Shown: positions 7,685 to 18,395, numbered from the stretch's first letter. The stretch: 64,000 nt of DNA from a virus (IMGVR_UViG_3300021963_000034:1-64000), one strand, 5' to 3'. Notes: generated by a model from the sequence alone, not told the origin. Numbers and translations are program-made.

Positions 7685-8752
7685 ATGACTGAAAGACAAA
7701 AGACTGCTTTAGTGTGTGGTGCTGGTGGATTTATTGGAAGTCACATGGTGCGCAGATTGAAAAGTGAAGGTTATTGGGTTAGAGGTGTAGATATTAAAAA
7801 TCCAGAATATTCTGAGACATCAGCAGATGAATTTATTATCGGCAATCTTACTGATGCTCGATTTGTTGATCGCGTAGTCAGATTTATGGGAAATTCTGGT
7901 AATTTTTATAATACTATTCCGGAAAGATATCAAGAACCATTTGATGAAATTTATCAGTTTGCTGCTGATATGGGTGGTGCTGGATTTGTTTTTAGTGGTG
8001 ATAATGATGCTGAAATTATGCACAATTCTGCAGCAATCAATTTGAATATTCTTGAGTCAGTAAAGCAACTTAATCAATCTACTAATACTAATAAGACCAA
8101 AATTTTCTATTCATCGTCTGCTTGCATGTACCCTGAGTATGCTCAAATGGATGTTGATAATCCTGGACTAAAAGAAACTGATGCATATCCTGCAGGTCCA
8201 GATTCTGAATATGGATGGGAAAAACTATTTTCCGAACGTATTTTTCTAGCATACAATAGAAATCATGGTATTCCTGTGCGTATTGCGCGTTACCATAATA
8301 TCTTTGGTCCAGAAGGAACTTGGACTGGTGGTAGGGAAAAATCTCCAGCAGCAATGTGTAGAAAAGTTGCTGAACTTCCTGTTGAAGGTGGAGAAATTGA
8401 AATCTGGGGCGATGGTGAACAAACTCGATCATTCCTTTATATTGACGAATGTATTGAGGCAACTCGTCGCTTAATGGATTCGGATTTCATGGGACCAGTA
8501 AATATTGGTTCGGAAGAAATGGTCACAATCAATACTCTAGCAGATACTGCTGCAAAAGTTGCTGGCAAAACAATTACCAAAAAACATATTGATGGTCCTC
8601 TTGGTGTTCGTGGACGTAACTCTAACAATGACCTTATTCGTGAAAAACTTGGTTGGGATTATTCTCAAACTCTTGAAGAAGGAATTTCTAAAACATACGA
8701 GTGGATTAATATACAAGTTAATAAGAATACTGTATTACATCATTCGGTTTGA
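7685..8752 (+). CDS. GDP-mannose 3,5-epimerase-like NAD-dependent epimerase
   Basis: GAGGFIG, FAADMGGAGF, SSACMYP, YGWEK, GGREKSPAAMCRK, GVRGRNS. Confidence 0.88.
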   Translation: MTERQKTALVCGAGGFIGSHMVRRLKSEGYWVRGVDIKNPEYSETSADEFIIGNLTDARFVDRVVRFMGNSGNFYNTIPERYQEPFDEIYQFAADMGGAGFVFSGDNDAEIMHNSAAINLNILESVKQLNQSTNTNKTKIFYSSSACMYPEYAQMDVDNPGLKETDAYPAGPDSEYGWEKLFSERIFLAYNRNHGIPVRIARYHNIFGPEGTWTGGREKSPAAMCRKVAELPVEGGEIEIWGDGEQTRSFLYIDECIEATRRLMDSDFMGPVNIGSEEMVTINTLADTAAKVAGKTITKKHIDGPLGVRGRNSNNDLIREKLGWDYSQTLEEGISKTYEWINIQVNKNTVLHHSV

Positions 8753-8754
8753 AA

Positions 8755-9690
8755 ATGAAAAAAATATACCTGGTAAACACTCCAGAGTATCCTAGTGTTG
8801 GTACTAATTATCTTTTTAATTTAAAGTTTATTAATACTTTTTCATATCATGGTCTGGAGTGTAGAGAAATTACAAGTTTTGAAACCTTCAATGAATTAGA
8901 AGATTCTGAAGATCAAATTTTCTTTTTGTGCGATAATTTTTATGATCATCGTAGACCAACTTGGAAAAATGATTTTCAATTTTTGTCTGAAAAGTTTTCT
9001 AAGTCTACCTGGATTTTTTGGTCATTCCAAAATGTACTGAGTGTCCTGTATGCAGGAGATACTTTTCCATTTAAGAAAAGTATTTTTACAGGTGAATATT
9101 ATCGAAAACCTAATATTGATGTTCTAGGACAAAATTTTCAAGATTATATTGATCTTCCTAATTATGTTCCACTTCCTTTTTCTGCAGGCGCTCATCCAGA
9201 TACCCTGGATGATCTCTGGGAAAAGAGAACAGATGTCTACGATTGTGGATTTTGTGGATGTGGATATAAAGTTGATTGGTCTAAAAAATTAAGTGAAAAG
9301 TATAATTGCTTCATTCATTACTATCCACCATTCCTGGACGAAGAAACTAGACTTCAAAAAGTATTTCTAGATTCTAAAATTTGTTTAGGATTTAATTCTG
9401 ATCATGCTGTAGAAAATGGTATGCCAACAGAAAGAGTTTTTGAAGGAGTTGCCTATGGATGCATTGTGTTAACTGATTGTCCCATGGCAGTTGATGCAAC
9501 TGATGGTGCAGCAGTTCTTGTAACAAGTTATACTGACTTAGAAGAAAAAGTTGAGTATTATCTAAACAATGAAGAAGCCCGCTTAGAAAAACAAAAGCAA
9601 GGGAAAATATTTGCAAAATCTAAAGGGACTTACTTTAGTGTAGTTAAAAACTTTTTAGAAACTATTAATAAAATTAATCAAGAACAATGA
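8755..9690 (+). CDS. glycosyltransferase-like protein (GT-B, CgeB-like C-terminus)
   Basis: SKICLGFNS...ERVFEGVAYGCIVLTD...YYLNNEEAR pattern. Confidence 0.65.
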   Translation: MKKIYLVNTPEYPSVGTNYLFNLKFINTFSYHGLECREITSFETFNELEDSEDQIFFLCDNFYDHRRPTWKNDFQFLSEKFSKSTWIFWSFQNVLSVLYAGDTFPFKKSIFTGEYYRKPNIDVLGQNFQDYIDLPNYVPLPFSAGAHPDTLDDLWEKRTDVYDCGFCGCGYKVDWSKKLSEKYNCFIHYYPPFLDEETRLQKVFLDSKICLGFNSDHAVENGMPTERVFEGVAYGCIVLTDCPMAVDATDGAAVLVTSYTDLEEKVEYYLNNEEARLEKQKQGKIFAKSKGTYFSVVKNFLETINKINQEQ

Positions 9691-10448
9691 ATAGAATTTC
9701 AAATTATAAAGAAGTTAAAGATAACATTGTAAAATGGTTGGGCGACTATGTTGTAAAAAATCCAGGCATTAAATCTTTTGTTGTTGGAGTGTCTGGTGGA
9801 ATTGATTCTGCTGTAGTATCCACTCTTTGTGCAGAAACTGGTTTGCCAACCTACGTTTTATCAATGCCTTTGCATTCTAGTGCAAAAAATGATACTCTTT
9901 CTGATGATTACAGTGATTTTCTTGAGAAGAATTATTCAAATGTCACTAAGATTAGAATCGATCTTACCACTGCATATGATCAATTTTTAAATTCATTTGA
10001 TTTTTGGACAGGTAAGGGAGAATATACCTCAAATCAATTGACCAATGCAAACACAAAGTCTCGTCTTCGTATGGTGACTTTATACCAAGTAGCAGGTACT
10101 GTTGGTGGTATTGTTGTTGGAACTGGCAATAAGGTTGAAGATTATGGTGTAGGATTTTATACTAAATATGGTGACGGTGGAGTTGACATTGCTCCCATCG
10201 CAGATCTTTACAAAACCGAAGTATGGGAACTTGGGAAGTATCTTGGCGTAGATCAACGTATCATTGATGCTCCTCCTACGGATGGTCTTTGGGAAGATAG
10301 TAGATCTGATGAAGATCAGATTGGTGCATCTTATGCTGAACTTGAAGAAGCAATGGAAAGCGGAACTGGACCTGCAGTTGAAATTCTGCTAAAATTTAAT
10401 AATCAAAACAAACACAAAATGGAACCCATCCCCACGTTTAAACTATGA
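9687..10448 (+). CDS. nadE: NH3-dependent NAD+ synthetase
   Basis: GVSGGIDSAV, NTKSRLRM, GTGNKVE, GFYTKYGDGGVD, PPTDGLW. Confidence 0.95.
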   Translation: MNRISNYKEVKDNIVKWLGDYVVKNPGIKSFVVGVSGGIDSAVVSTLCAETGLPTYVLSMPLHSSAKNDTLSDDYSDFLEKNYSNVTKIRIDLTTAYDQFLNSFDFWTGKGEYTSNQLTNANTKSRLRMVTLYQVAGTVGGIVVGTGNKVEDYGVGFYTKYGDGGVDIAPIADLYKTEVWELGKYLGVDQRIIDAPPTDGLWEDSRSDEDQIGASYAELEEAMESGTGPAVEILLKFNNQNKHKMEPIPTFKL

Positions 10449-11608
10449 AAATTGGAGTAATTGGTGCAGGAAGACTTGGTATTTGCTTTGCTCTTCTTTG
10501 TGAAGCAGCAGGATATGATGTTCTTGTTTCTGACATTAGAGAAGATTATGTCGAAAGTCTTAATAATAGAGATATTGTAACTAACGAACCAGAAGTTCAA
10601 AGTCTTTTGAAAGTTGCTAAAAATTTCAGAGCAACTACCGACAACAAAGAAGTAATTCGTGAATGTGATTTAATTTACACATTGGTAGCCACTCCTTCTC
10701 TGGAAGATGGTTCATATGATGTTTCTTCTGTTTGGAGTATCGTTGAAAATTTCAATGAAGAAAATATTAGAGATAAAAAATATTTTGTTGTTGGGTGTAC
10801 TGTAAATCCTGGAGATTGTGATAACTTTAGAAAAAATCTCCCAAGTAATATAAAGGTTTTTTATAATCCAGAATTTATTGCACAAGGATCTATTATCAAT
10901 GATCTTCGTAATGCTGATATGGTTCTTCTTGGTGTAGATCCTAGAGTTGACAGTGATGATAAAACTATTTCGGATATCAAAGGTCTCTATAAGAAAATCC
11001 AAGTTAACCGAGCAATTGTTTGTACAATGTCAACAACTGCTGCCGAGATTACAAAAATTGCAGTTAATTGCTTCCTGACAACAAAAATTAGTTATGCCAA
11101 TATGCTTGGAGACGTTCTTAATCTTTCTGGTTGTGGCGATGAAGTTATTGGAGTTCTTACTGCAATTGGAACTGATACTAGAATCGGTAGAAAATATCTT
11201 AACTATGGTTTAGGATATGGTGGACCTTGCTTACCAAGAGATAATAGAGCATTTGCTGCATTTGCAAAAAACCTTGGATTAGATTATAATCTAGGTACTG
11301 TCACTGATGAAATTAATAATCAACATGCAAGTTTTGTTTGTGACTTTTACAATAAAATAAACAAAAATCACAAACCTTTTTATTTTGATTATATTACCTA
11401 TAAGAAAGGTACTGACATTCTAACAGAAAGTCAGCAGTATAGACTTTGTATTGATCTTTTAGAACTTGGACATTCTGTTTACATTCATAATGATAAACGA
11501 ATTTTTAATGAAGTTTATGATTATCTAAATGAAAAATATGGAGACAGAGTTAAGTTTGTTGATGACATTAAAAATATTACAGAACCTATTTTCATTGTAA
11601 ATCTATGA
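10445..11608 (+). CDS. UDP-glucose/GDP-mannose 6-dehydrogenase family
   Basis: GAGRLG, NPEFIAQG, AEITKIAVN, GYGGPCLPRD. Confidence 0.9.
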   Translation: MKIGVIGAGRLGICFALLCEAAGYDVLVSDIREDYVESLNNRDIVTNEPEVQSLLKVAKNFRATTDNKEVIRECDLIYTLVATPSLEDGSYDVSSVWSIVENFNEENIRDKKYFVVGCTVNPGDCDNFRKNLPSNIKVFYNPEFIAQGSIINDLRNADMVLLGVDPRVDSDDKTISDIKGLYKKIQVNRAIVCTMSTTAAEITKIAVNCFLTTKISYANMLGDVLNLSGCGDEVIGVLTAIGTDTRIGRKYLNYGLGYGGPCLPRDNRAFAAFAKNLGLDYNLGTVTDEINNQHASFVCDFYNKINKNHKPFYFDYITYKKGTDILTESQQYRLCIDLLELGHSVYIHNDKRIFNEVYDYLNEKYGDRVKFVDDIKNITEPIFIVNL

Positions 11609-12450
11609 TAGGATATAACAGACTCGGTACAAATGGTAGATTTGGTAATCAACTATTTCAATATGCAGCACTTAGAGGAATTGCTGCAAAACATGGATAT
11701 GAGTGGACTATTCCTCCAGATGAGTATGAAACCCATGCAAACTATGGAATTCATCATCCATTCAAATTAAAACATTTAAAAAATATTGGAATTGTTCCTT
11801 TCCCGACGAAAGATGAATCGCATTTTCATTTTGATGAAGAACTGTTTGATACCTGTCCAGACAATATAAATCTAGACGGGTATCTTCAGAGTGAAAAATA
11901 TTTTAAACACATTGAAAATGAAATTCGCGAAGATTTTGAATTTATTGATGGAATTCTAAATCCTTGCAAAGAGTTCATTGATCAATATGAAAAGATTATT
12001 TTTCTTCATGTTCGTCGTGGAGACAATGTAGGCAGAGAAGATTATCATCCTATTCCTACTTTTGATTATTACAAGTCTGCACTTGAGAATTTTGATGATG
12101 ATGTTAATGTTCTAATTTGTTCCGATGATGTCAATTGGTGTAAGGAACAAGAGTTTTTCTCTGGTGATAAATTTTTGATTAATGAAAACGTTCAACAATA
12201 CTCTCATAAATGTGTAGAAGGTGATGGTGTGGCAAGAAATTCTTTCATTCCTTATACTGATTTGTGCTTAATGAGCCTCTGTGACGGTGCTATTATTTCT
12301 CCAAGTACTTTGAGTTGGTGGGGTGCCTGGCTGCAAAAGAATAGAACTAGAGCAGTCGTTGCTCCAAATCCTTGGTTTGGTCCCAAACTTTCCATTAAGA
12401 ATAATACAAAAGATTTGCTTCCCGATGATTGGATTAAACTATCTTGGTAA
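11605..12450 (+). CDS. GT11 alpha-1,2-fucosyltransferase-like
   Basis: GRFGNQLFQYA, GYLQSEKYF, HVRRGD, STLSWWGAWL. Confidence 0.9.
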   Translation: MIGYNRLGTNGRFGNQLFQYAALRGIAAKHGYEWTIPPDEYETHANYGIHHPFKLKHLKNIGIVPFPTKDESHFHFDEELFDTCPDNINLDGYLQSEKYFKHIENEIREDFEFIDGILNPCKEFIDQYEKIIFLHVRRGDNVGREDYHPIPTFDYYKSALENFDDDVNVLICSDDVNWCKEQEFFSGDKFLINENVQQYSHKCVEGDGVARNSFIPYTDLCLMSLCDGAIISPSTLSWWGAWLQKNRTRAVVAPNPWFGPKLSIKNNTKDLLPDDWIKLSW

Positions 12451-13234
12451 AATGGGGCAACTTGGAAATCAAATGTTCCAATATGCCGCATTAAAAGGAA
12501 TTGCCAGAAATAAAAATTATGAATTTTGTATTCCAAACCATCAAGAAGTAGTTGATGATGGTTTGGGAAATAAATTGCGAATAGAACTTTTAGATGTATT
12601 TGACTTAAACAAAAACACTTTTGGGTATGTAAATACATCTAATAATATTCAAGAAGCAAATTTTTCATTTGATTCTGAGTTGTTCAACAACTGTCCTGAT
12701 AACTCATGTTTGATTGGATATTTTCAAACTGAAAAATATTTCAAACATATTGAAACTGAAATAAGAAGTGATTTTTCTTTTAAGGAAGAATTTCTTAGTT
12801 CATATGAAGAAATTAAAGATATGTTTGATAATCCAATTGCTCTTCATATCAGACGCGGAGATTTTTTAATCAACTCTGCAAATCACTATAATCTTTCTCT
12901 TGATTATTATAGAACTGCTTTATCGCAATTTGAAAGTAATCGTCAGGTAGTAATATTTTCTGATGATACTCGATGGTGTAAAGAACAAGAATTATTTGCT
13001 GACGATAGGTTTTTAGTTTGTGAAACAAATAATTCTTATGTCGATCTTTGTATAATGTCAAAGTGCTCTGACTTTATAATTGCTAACTCTACTTTTTCCT
13101 GGTGGGGTGCTTGGCTTTGCGATAATAAAAATAAAGTGGTATTATATCCAGATAAATGGTTCGGGCCCAACAACAGCGATAAATCAACAAAAGATTTGTT
13201 TCCCGAAGAGTGGAGAATGATTAATGAAAACTAA
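12425..13234 (+). CDS. GT11 alpha-1,2-fucosyltransferase-like (paralog)
   Basis: GQLGNQMFQYA, HIRRGD, NSTFSWWGAWL; start moved to ATG 12425 by similarity to the upstream paralog. Confidence 0.9.
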   Translation: MIGLNYLGKMGQLGNQMFQYAALKGIARNKNYEFCIPNHQEVVDDGLGNKLRIELLDVFDLNKNTFGYVNTSNNIQEANFSFDSELFNNCPDNSCLIGYFQTEKYFKHIETEIRSDFSFKEEFLSSYEEIKDMFDNPIALHIRRGDFLINSANHYNLSLDYYRTALSQFESNRQVVIFSDDTRWCKEQELFADDRFLVCETNNSYVDLCIMSKCSDFIIANSTFSWWGAWLCDNKNKVVLYPDKWFGPNNSDKSTKDLFPEEWRMINEN

Positions 13235-14105
13235 TTTAAAAGATACAACATTCATAATTCCTTTAAGAATTGATACTGGAGATAGGCTTAGAAATGTAAT
13301 TATTTCTACTGCCTATCTTTTACATCATTTTGATACTAATGTATTAATTAAGGAAGTGGATTCTGAGCATAGGTTTGAAACTTATGCATTGCCTGTAATT
13401 AAAAGACTTGTAGATACCTCCAATTTAATTCATATTTTTGAAGAAGAAACTAGAACAGATGATTCTTTTCATCGTACAAAGGTTCTTAATGATATGATTT
13501 TAAGTGCAACTACAGAAATAGTTGTTAATTATGACACAGATATTATTCTTCCTGTAAGCACTTACATCAAGTCTAACAAAATGCTTAACGGAGAATATGA
13601 TGTGGTCTACCCATACAGATTTGGCAACTATGGGGAAAGGAAAGTAGTTCTTGATTTTACTATTGAAACTCAAGATGATATGGATAATTTTGAAAAAAAT
13701 AGTTTTGTAAGTCAATTCATTCAATCAAATTATAATTGCGAATGTTTTGATGATAAGTATTTTCATTATGAAAGTCATCAAGGTCTTGGGTGGGCAGAAT
13801 ATGGAATGGTTCAGTTTTTTAATCGTCAAGTTTATATTGACGGTTATCTAGAGAATGAGGGTTTTATTGCTTATGCTCCAGAAGATGTAGAAAGACATCA
13901 TAGATGGAAAACTTTGGGTTACAATATTGGAAGAGTTGATAATCATGCATATCACTTAGAGCATGAAAGAACTCAAAATTCTTGGTATCATAACCCTCAT
14001 ATGCAAAATAATAACAATCTTTGGGAACACCTTAAAAATTTATCTAAAGAAGAACTTATTACATACTACGAAAATCAAGAGTATGTAAAGGAGAGGAAAA
14101 AATGA
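13224..14105 (+). CDS. GT-A glycosyltransferase (GT2/GT7-like)
   Basis: FIIPLRID, NYDTD, ENEGFIAYAPED, YHLEH. Confidence 0.75.
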   Translation: MKTNLKDTTFIIPLRIDTGDRLRNVIISTAYLLHHFDTNVLIKEVDSEHRFETYALPVIKRLVDTSNLIHIFEEETRTDDSFHRTKVLNDMILSATTEIVVNYDTDIILPVSTYIKSNKMLNGEYDVVYPYRFGNYGERKVVLDFTIETQDDMDNFEKNSFVSQFIQSNYNCECFDDKYFHYESHQGLGWAEYGMVQFFNRQVYIDGYLENEGFIAYAPEDVERHHRWKTLGYNIGRVDNHAYHLEHERTQNSWYHNPHMQNNNNLWEHLKNLSKEELITYYENQEYVKERKK

Positions 14106-14851
14106 AATTAGTTTATATAAATTATTCTGATTTAAATTACAGAGAACATCAAGAAAAATTAATACAGCATGTTTTAGGCAATAAACTATTTGATGCTGCA
14201 ATTCCATTTACTAAAGAGTGGTTATTAGAAACTGATTTCTACAATCAAAATAAAAAAATTCTTGATAGAGATCGCCTTGCTGGTTATGCAATATGGAAAC
14301 CTTACATCATTTTAGAAGCATTTAATCATGTCGAAGAGGGTGATGTAATTGTTTATATGGATTGTGGTGATGTTCCTTTTCCAGGAATTGATCAGTGTAT
14401 TCGTGACTATATGAAAGTAAATGATCAATATTTCCTATCCCAAAATCATACAGGTGTGCATAAATGGTTTACTAAAAGAGACTGTTTTTATTATATGAAT
14501 TGTGATAGTGAAAAGTATTGGGATGCTATTCAACTTGAAGATGGTTTTATGGCCTTTAAAAAGACTGAATATAATATTAATCTTCTCAATGAGTTTTTAA
14601 AATATTGTTGCGATGAAAGAATAGTTACTGATATTCCCAATCAGTGCGGATTAGAAAATTTTGAGGGGTTTCAAGATCATCGGCATGATCAAAGCATCAT
14701 AACCAATCTTCAATTGAAGTATGATCTTCCTAGGGTAGTTGGTCATAGTGGAGTTAGAAACTTTATTCAGTGGAATGTCTTACTTCATAAAGATGGTGAA
14801 GAATATTCTAATGGTTCATATAATTGGGGGGAGATGGGATGCATAGCATAG
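14102..14851 (+). CDS. putative GT-A glycosyltransferase
   Basis: WKPYII, YMDCGD, DHRHDQS motifs. Confidence 0.65.
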   Translation: MKLVYINYSDLNYREHQEKLIQHVLGNKLFDAAIPFTKEWLLETDFYNQNKKILDRDRLAGYAIWKPYIILEAFNHVEEGDVIVYMDCGDVPFPGIDQCIRDYMKVNDQYFLSQNHTGVHKWFTKRDCFYYMNCDSEKYWDAIQLEDGFMAFKKTEYNINLLNEFLKYCCDERIVTDIPNQCGLENFEGFQDHRHDQSIITNLQLKYDLPRVVGHSGVRNFIQWNVLLHKDGEEYSNGSYNWGEMGCIA

Positions 14852-15669
14852 TATTAACTGTTCACAATAAAGATTGGCTTTTACCTTTAGTATTGAATGG
14901 TATTAAGGATAATACTTTAGGAGATTATGAACTGGTTGTTGTTCTTGATGGATGCACTGATAATTCTGAACAATCTCTTAATGAATTTGTAAAAGAAAAT
15001 CCAAACATTAAAACAAAGATTGTTTTCACTCCAGATGTCTTTGAAACAAAGGCAAATAATGCTGGTCTTAAAGTTTGTGAGGGTGATAAAGTAATCATCG
15101 TTCAAGATGATATGGTTATAAAGGAACTTGGATGGAACCAAAGACTGGAAAAACCATTTGACGAGTTTATTGATGTTTTTGCAGTAACTGCCCGATCTGC
15201 ATTTAACTATAGGTTTAATCATAATAGTGTTCATGTAAATTTATCTGTAGATGAAGACTCTAAAATAGATAATTGCTGGAGTGATATCTTTACATACGAA
15301 TCTCACATCAATAGCGATGAAGGTTTGAGTAGAAATATTTTTGCAGTTAGAAATAATGTTAATCGAGGTCCACTTATGATTGATCATGCAGACCTGATTA
15401 AATTAGATTATTTTGATGAGATTTTTTCTCCTCAAGACCAGGATGATGCAGATCTTTGTTATCGTGCCTTTAAAGAACTAGGAAAAGTAGTTGGGGCATA
15501 TTGGATTGAATATGATTGCGATCATGCTTGGGGTGGAACCCGTCCAGATGGAAAAAACCCTGCACCTTGGTTGTTGAGAGCACATCATAAAAATAGTAGA
15601 ATAGTTTTTGATCGACATTCAGATATTATTTTCTTTGAAAAACATGACGAGGATAGAGTTTTAAAATGA
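14839..15669 (+). CDS. GT2 glycosyltransferase
   Basis: SIVLTVHN, VVLDGCTDNS, VQDD, DDADLCYR. Confidence 0.85.
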   Translation: MHSIVLTVHNKDWLLPLVLNGIKDNTLGDYELVVVLDGCTDNSEQSLNEFVKENPNIKTKIVFTPDVFETKANNAGLKVCEGDKVIIVQDDMVIKELGWNQRLEKPFDEFIDVFAVTARSAFNYRFNHNSVHVNLSVDEDSKIDNCWSDIFTYESHINSDEGLSRNIFAVRNNVNRGPLMIDHADLIKLDYFDEIFSPQDQDDADLCYRAFKELGKVVGAYWIEYDCDHAWGGTRPDGKNPAPWLLRAHHKNSRIVFDRHSDIIFFEKHDEDRVLK

Positions 15670-16292
15670 ATAATTTTTCCGATATTTTCAAACTTGAATA
15701 TTTTGAAAAAATGAAAACGCCCGGAAGTCTTAATAATCCTGTTAGAAATAGGGCTGATAGTTTTTTGAAAATATTTGAATTGCTAGAGCAAAAAAAAGAT
15801 AAGACTTTTTATATTGTAGAAACTGGAACTACAAGAGCAGATCATGGACACCTTGCTTTTGGAGATGATGGTGCATCTACGTATATTTTTGATCAGTTTA
15901 TAAATTACTATGATGGAGAGGTAAATTCGGTAGATATAAGTCAAGCAAATGTAGATCACTGTTCTAGTCTTGTTTCTTCTAAAACAAAAGTTTTTTGCTC
16001 AGACTCTGTTAAATTTTTATGGGACCTTCCTAAAAAAAGAAAAATTGATTTCTTATATTTGGATTCTTATGATATTGAAAAAAACAATCCACATCCATCA
16101 CAACTTCATCATGTAAAGGAGTTGTGTGCTGCAATAGATAAATTAAAGAGTGGATCTATAGTTGCAGTTGATGATCATGATGCTTTCTTTACTGGTGGAC
16201 AAATCGGCAAAGGAAATTATGTAAAAGATTTTATGGATGATATTGGAGCAACTCTTGTTTATGAAGGTTATCAAATAGTTTGGATTTTATGA
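15666..16292 (+). CDS. class I SAM-dependent methyltransferase
   Basis: IVETGT, SVDI, IDFLYLDS, VAVDD. Confidence 0.8.
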   Translation: MNNFSDIFKLEYFEKMKTPGSLNNPVRNRADSFLKIFELLEQKKDKTFYIVETGTTRADHGHLAFGDDGASTYIFDQFINYYDGEVNSVDISQANVDHCSSLVSSKTKVFCSDSVKFLWDLPKKRKIDFLYLDSYDIEKNNPHPSQLHHVKELCAAIDKLKSGSIVAVDDHDAFFTGGQIGKGNYVKDFMDDIGATLVYEGYQIVWIL

Positions 16293-17017
16293 CTGACATT
16301 TTTTTAAAGGCATATCATGGCGGACTTGGAGATAGTCTACAATTTTCTACTCTGCCAGAACAATTTTCAAAGCAACAAGGAAAAAAGACTTACATTCTAG
16401 AAGACGCACCTTTCAGAAATACTGAGATTTATGAACTAGTCTGGGGTAAAAATCCATATGTTGAGGGAAGAGCATTAGGCACTTGGAATGCGGGAGATAC
16501 TCCAGAAATTGAGTATTCTAATCTCACTGGAAATACCATTTTGAATTGGGAAAAACTTCACGGACTTAAACCAGTTAATACTCACCCAAAAATTTATTAT
16601 GAACCAGAAAATCATAAAGACATGAAAGATGTTTTTATTGTAGATTTTTCTTGTATTAGCATAGATTATGATAAGTGGCAACTTAAAAATATTTTTGAAA
16701 AAATAAAAAATGAATATCCTGATAGAAAATTTTTATCAGTATACTTTAAAAATAAAGTTTCTGATGGTAAGCATAATGTTTATGATATTGGATTTGATGG
16801 TTATATTGAAATCGAAAGTATTTTTAGGTATTGTGATTTAATTTCTTCTGCATATGGATTTCTTTCTTTGAGTAGTGGAGCTAGTCATTTGAGTTCTGCA
16901 ATCAAAGAATATTCTCCCAATCTTAAGAGTATTTGCATAATGCCAGAGAAATGGTATAATATTCATAGAGATCGTGGTCTTTTTCTTTTTGATAATATTG
17001 AATACTTAAAATACTAA
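16289..17017 (+). CDS. GT9 (heptosyltransferase)-like protein
   Basis: N-terminal GGLGD and C-terminal SSGASHLSSA resemble GT9 motifs. Confidence 0.5.
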   Translation: MTDIFLKAYHGGLGDSLQFSTLPEQFSKQQGKKTYILEDAPFRNTEIYELVWGKNPYVEGRALGTWNAGDTPEIEYSNLTGNTILNWEKLHGLKPVNTHPKIYYEPENHKDMKDVFIVDFSCISIDYDKWQLKNIFEKIKNEYPDRKFLSVYFKNKVSDGKHNVYDIGFDGYIEIESIFRYCDLISSAYGFLSLSSGASHLSSAIKEYSPNLKSICIMPEKWYNIHRDRGLFLFDNIEYLKY

Positions 17018-17019
17018 AA

Positions 17020-17997
17020 ATGAAATTTTTAATTACAGGAATTACTGGATTTGCAGGACCGCATCTTGCAAATCTTCTTCATAAAGAAGGTCATAAAGTT
17101 TATGGATTAATCCGCCGCACGAATGGAATGGAGAGTGATATTCGTGATGTTGTTCCGGACGATGTTTATAATTCGATTACATTTTTGTACGGAGATCTAA
17201 CAAACTATCGCTCAATGCGAAAAGTTTTTGAAGAAAATCAATTTGATGGAGTATTTCATCTCGCCGCCCAGTCTCATCCACCAACCAGTTTTATTGATCC
17301 TATTGGAACAATGGAAACAAACGTGATTGGTAGTGCAAATCTTATTCAAGTGTTGCAAGATCACCAACCCGATTGTAAAGTAATGTTCTGCTCTACTTCG
17401 GAGGTTTATGGTAATGTGGGTCAAGATGGACGTAAAATTCATTGGGAAGATCATATCGTTCCTTCCAATCCATATGGAGCATCTAAAGCAGCTACTGACG
17501 TTTATCTACAAGAAAGATTTAATAATGGGTTCCTAGAGGGATTTATCACTCGGGCATTTTCTCATACTGGACCTCGTAGAGGAAGAATTTTTTCAATTTC
17601 ATCAGATGCATATCAAATCGCACGAATGATGAAAGGTATGCAAGATAAAGTTCTTCTTGTAGGAAACCTTAGTACCACTAGAGTTGTTATGGATGTAAGA
17701 GATACTGTTCGTGCATATTATCTTGCAATGATTAATCCTGAGGTGACTAATCATGTATTTAATATTTGTGGAGACACTCCTCGTAAGATGCAGTTCTTTA
17801 CTGACAAATTGATTGAACTTTCTGGTCTTGATTATGTTGAACAAAAAATTCATGATCCATTTTGGAGACCTCATGAAATTTATTATCAACATGGAGACTC
17901 TACCAATCTAGTAGAAATGACTGGTTTTAAGGAAGAGTATAGTATTGAAAAAACACTAGATGATCTTTTGAAGTATTGGTACAATAAAATTTCGTGA
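17020..17997 (+). CDS. GDP-sugar 4,6-dehydratase/reductase (DmhA/Rmd-like SDR)
   Basis: GITGFAG, HLAAQS, STSEVYG, YGASK, RAFSHTGPRRG. Confidence 0.85.
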   Translation: MKFLITGITGFAGPHLANLLHKEGHKVYGLIRRTNGMESDIRDVVPDDVYNSITFLYGDLTNYRSMRKVFEENQFDGVFHLAAQSHPPTSFIDPIGTMETNVIGSANLIQVLQDHQPDCKVMFCSTSEVYGNVGQDGRKIHWEDHIVPSNPYGASKAATDVYLQERFNNGFLEGFITRAFSHTGPRRGRIFSISSDAYQIARMMKGMQDKVLLVGNLSTTRVVMDVRDTVRAYYLAMINPEVTNHVFNICGDTPRKMQFFTDKLIELSGLDYVEQKIHDPFWRPHEIYYQHGDSTNLVEMTGFKEEYSIEKTLDDLLKYWYNKIS

Positions 17998-18395
17998 CTA
18001 AAGTATTTGTAAACGGAACATTTGATGTCCTCCACCGAGGGCATCTTTTGCTGCTTAATTATGCTAAAAGTTTGGGTGATGTTCTTTACGTTGCCATAGA
18101 TACAGATGAAAGAGTTAAAGAAAAGAAAGGACCATCAAGACCTGTCAATTCTCTTGATGAGAGAATGTTTATGCTTGAAAATTTAAAAGCAGTTGATCAT
18201 GTCATGTCATTTTCAAACGATAAGTCTTTAGAGAGTCTTGTAAAAATTTTAAAACCTGATATAATGGTTGTAGGATCTGATTGGAAAGATAAATCTGTAA
18301 TAGGATCTTATTATGCAGCAAAAGTTATATTTTTTGATAGAATAGATGAGTACTCAACAACAAAAATCATTCAAAGTATTATTGATAGGGGATAG
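17994..18395 (+). CDS. heptose-1-phosphate adenylyltransferase (RfaE/HldE domain II)
   Basis: NGTFDVLHRGH, KGPSRPVN, GSDW, YSTTKII. Confidence 0.88.
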   Translation: MTKVFVNGTFDVLHRGHLLLLNYAKSLGDVLYVAIDTDERVKEKKGPSRPVNSLDERMFMLENLKAVDHVMSFSNDKSLESLVKILKPDIMVVGSDWKDKSVIGSYYAAKVIFFDRIDEYSTTKIIQSIIDRG

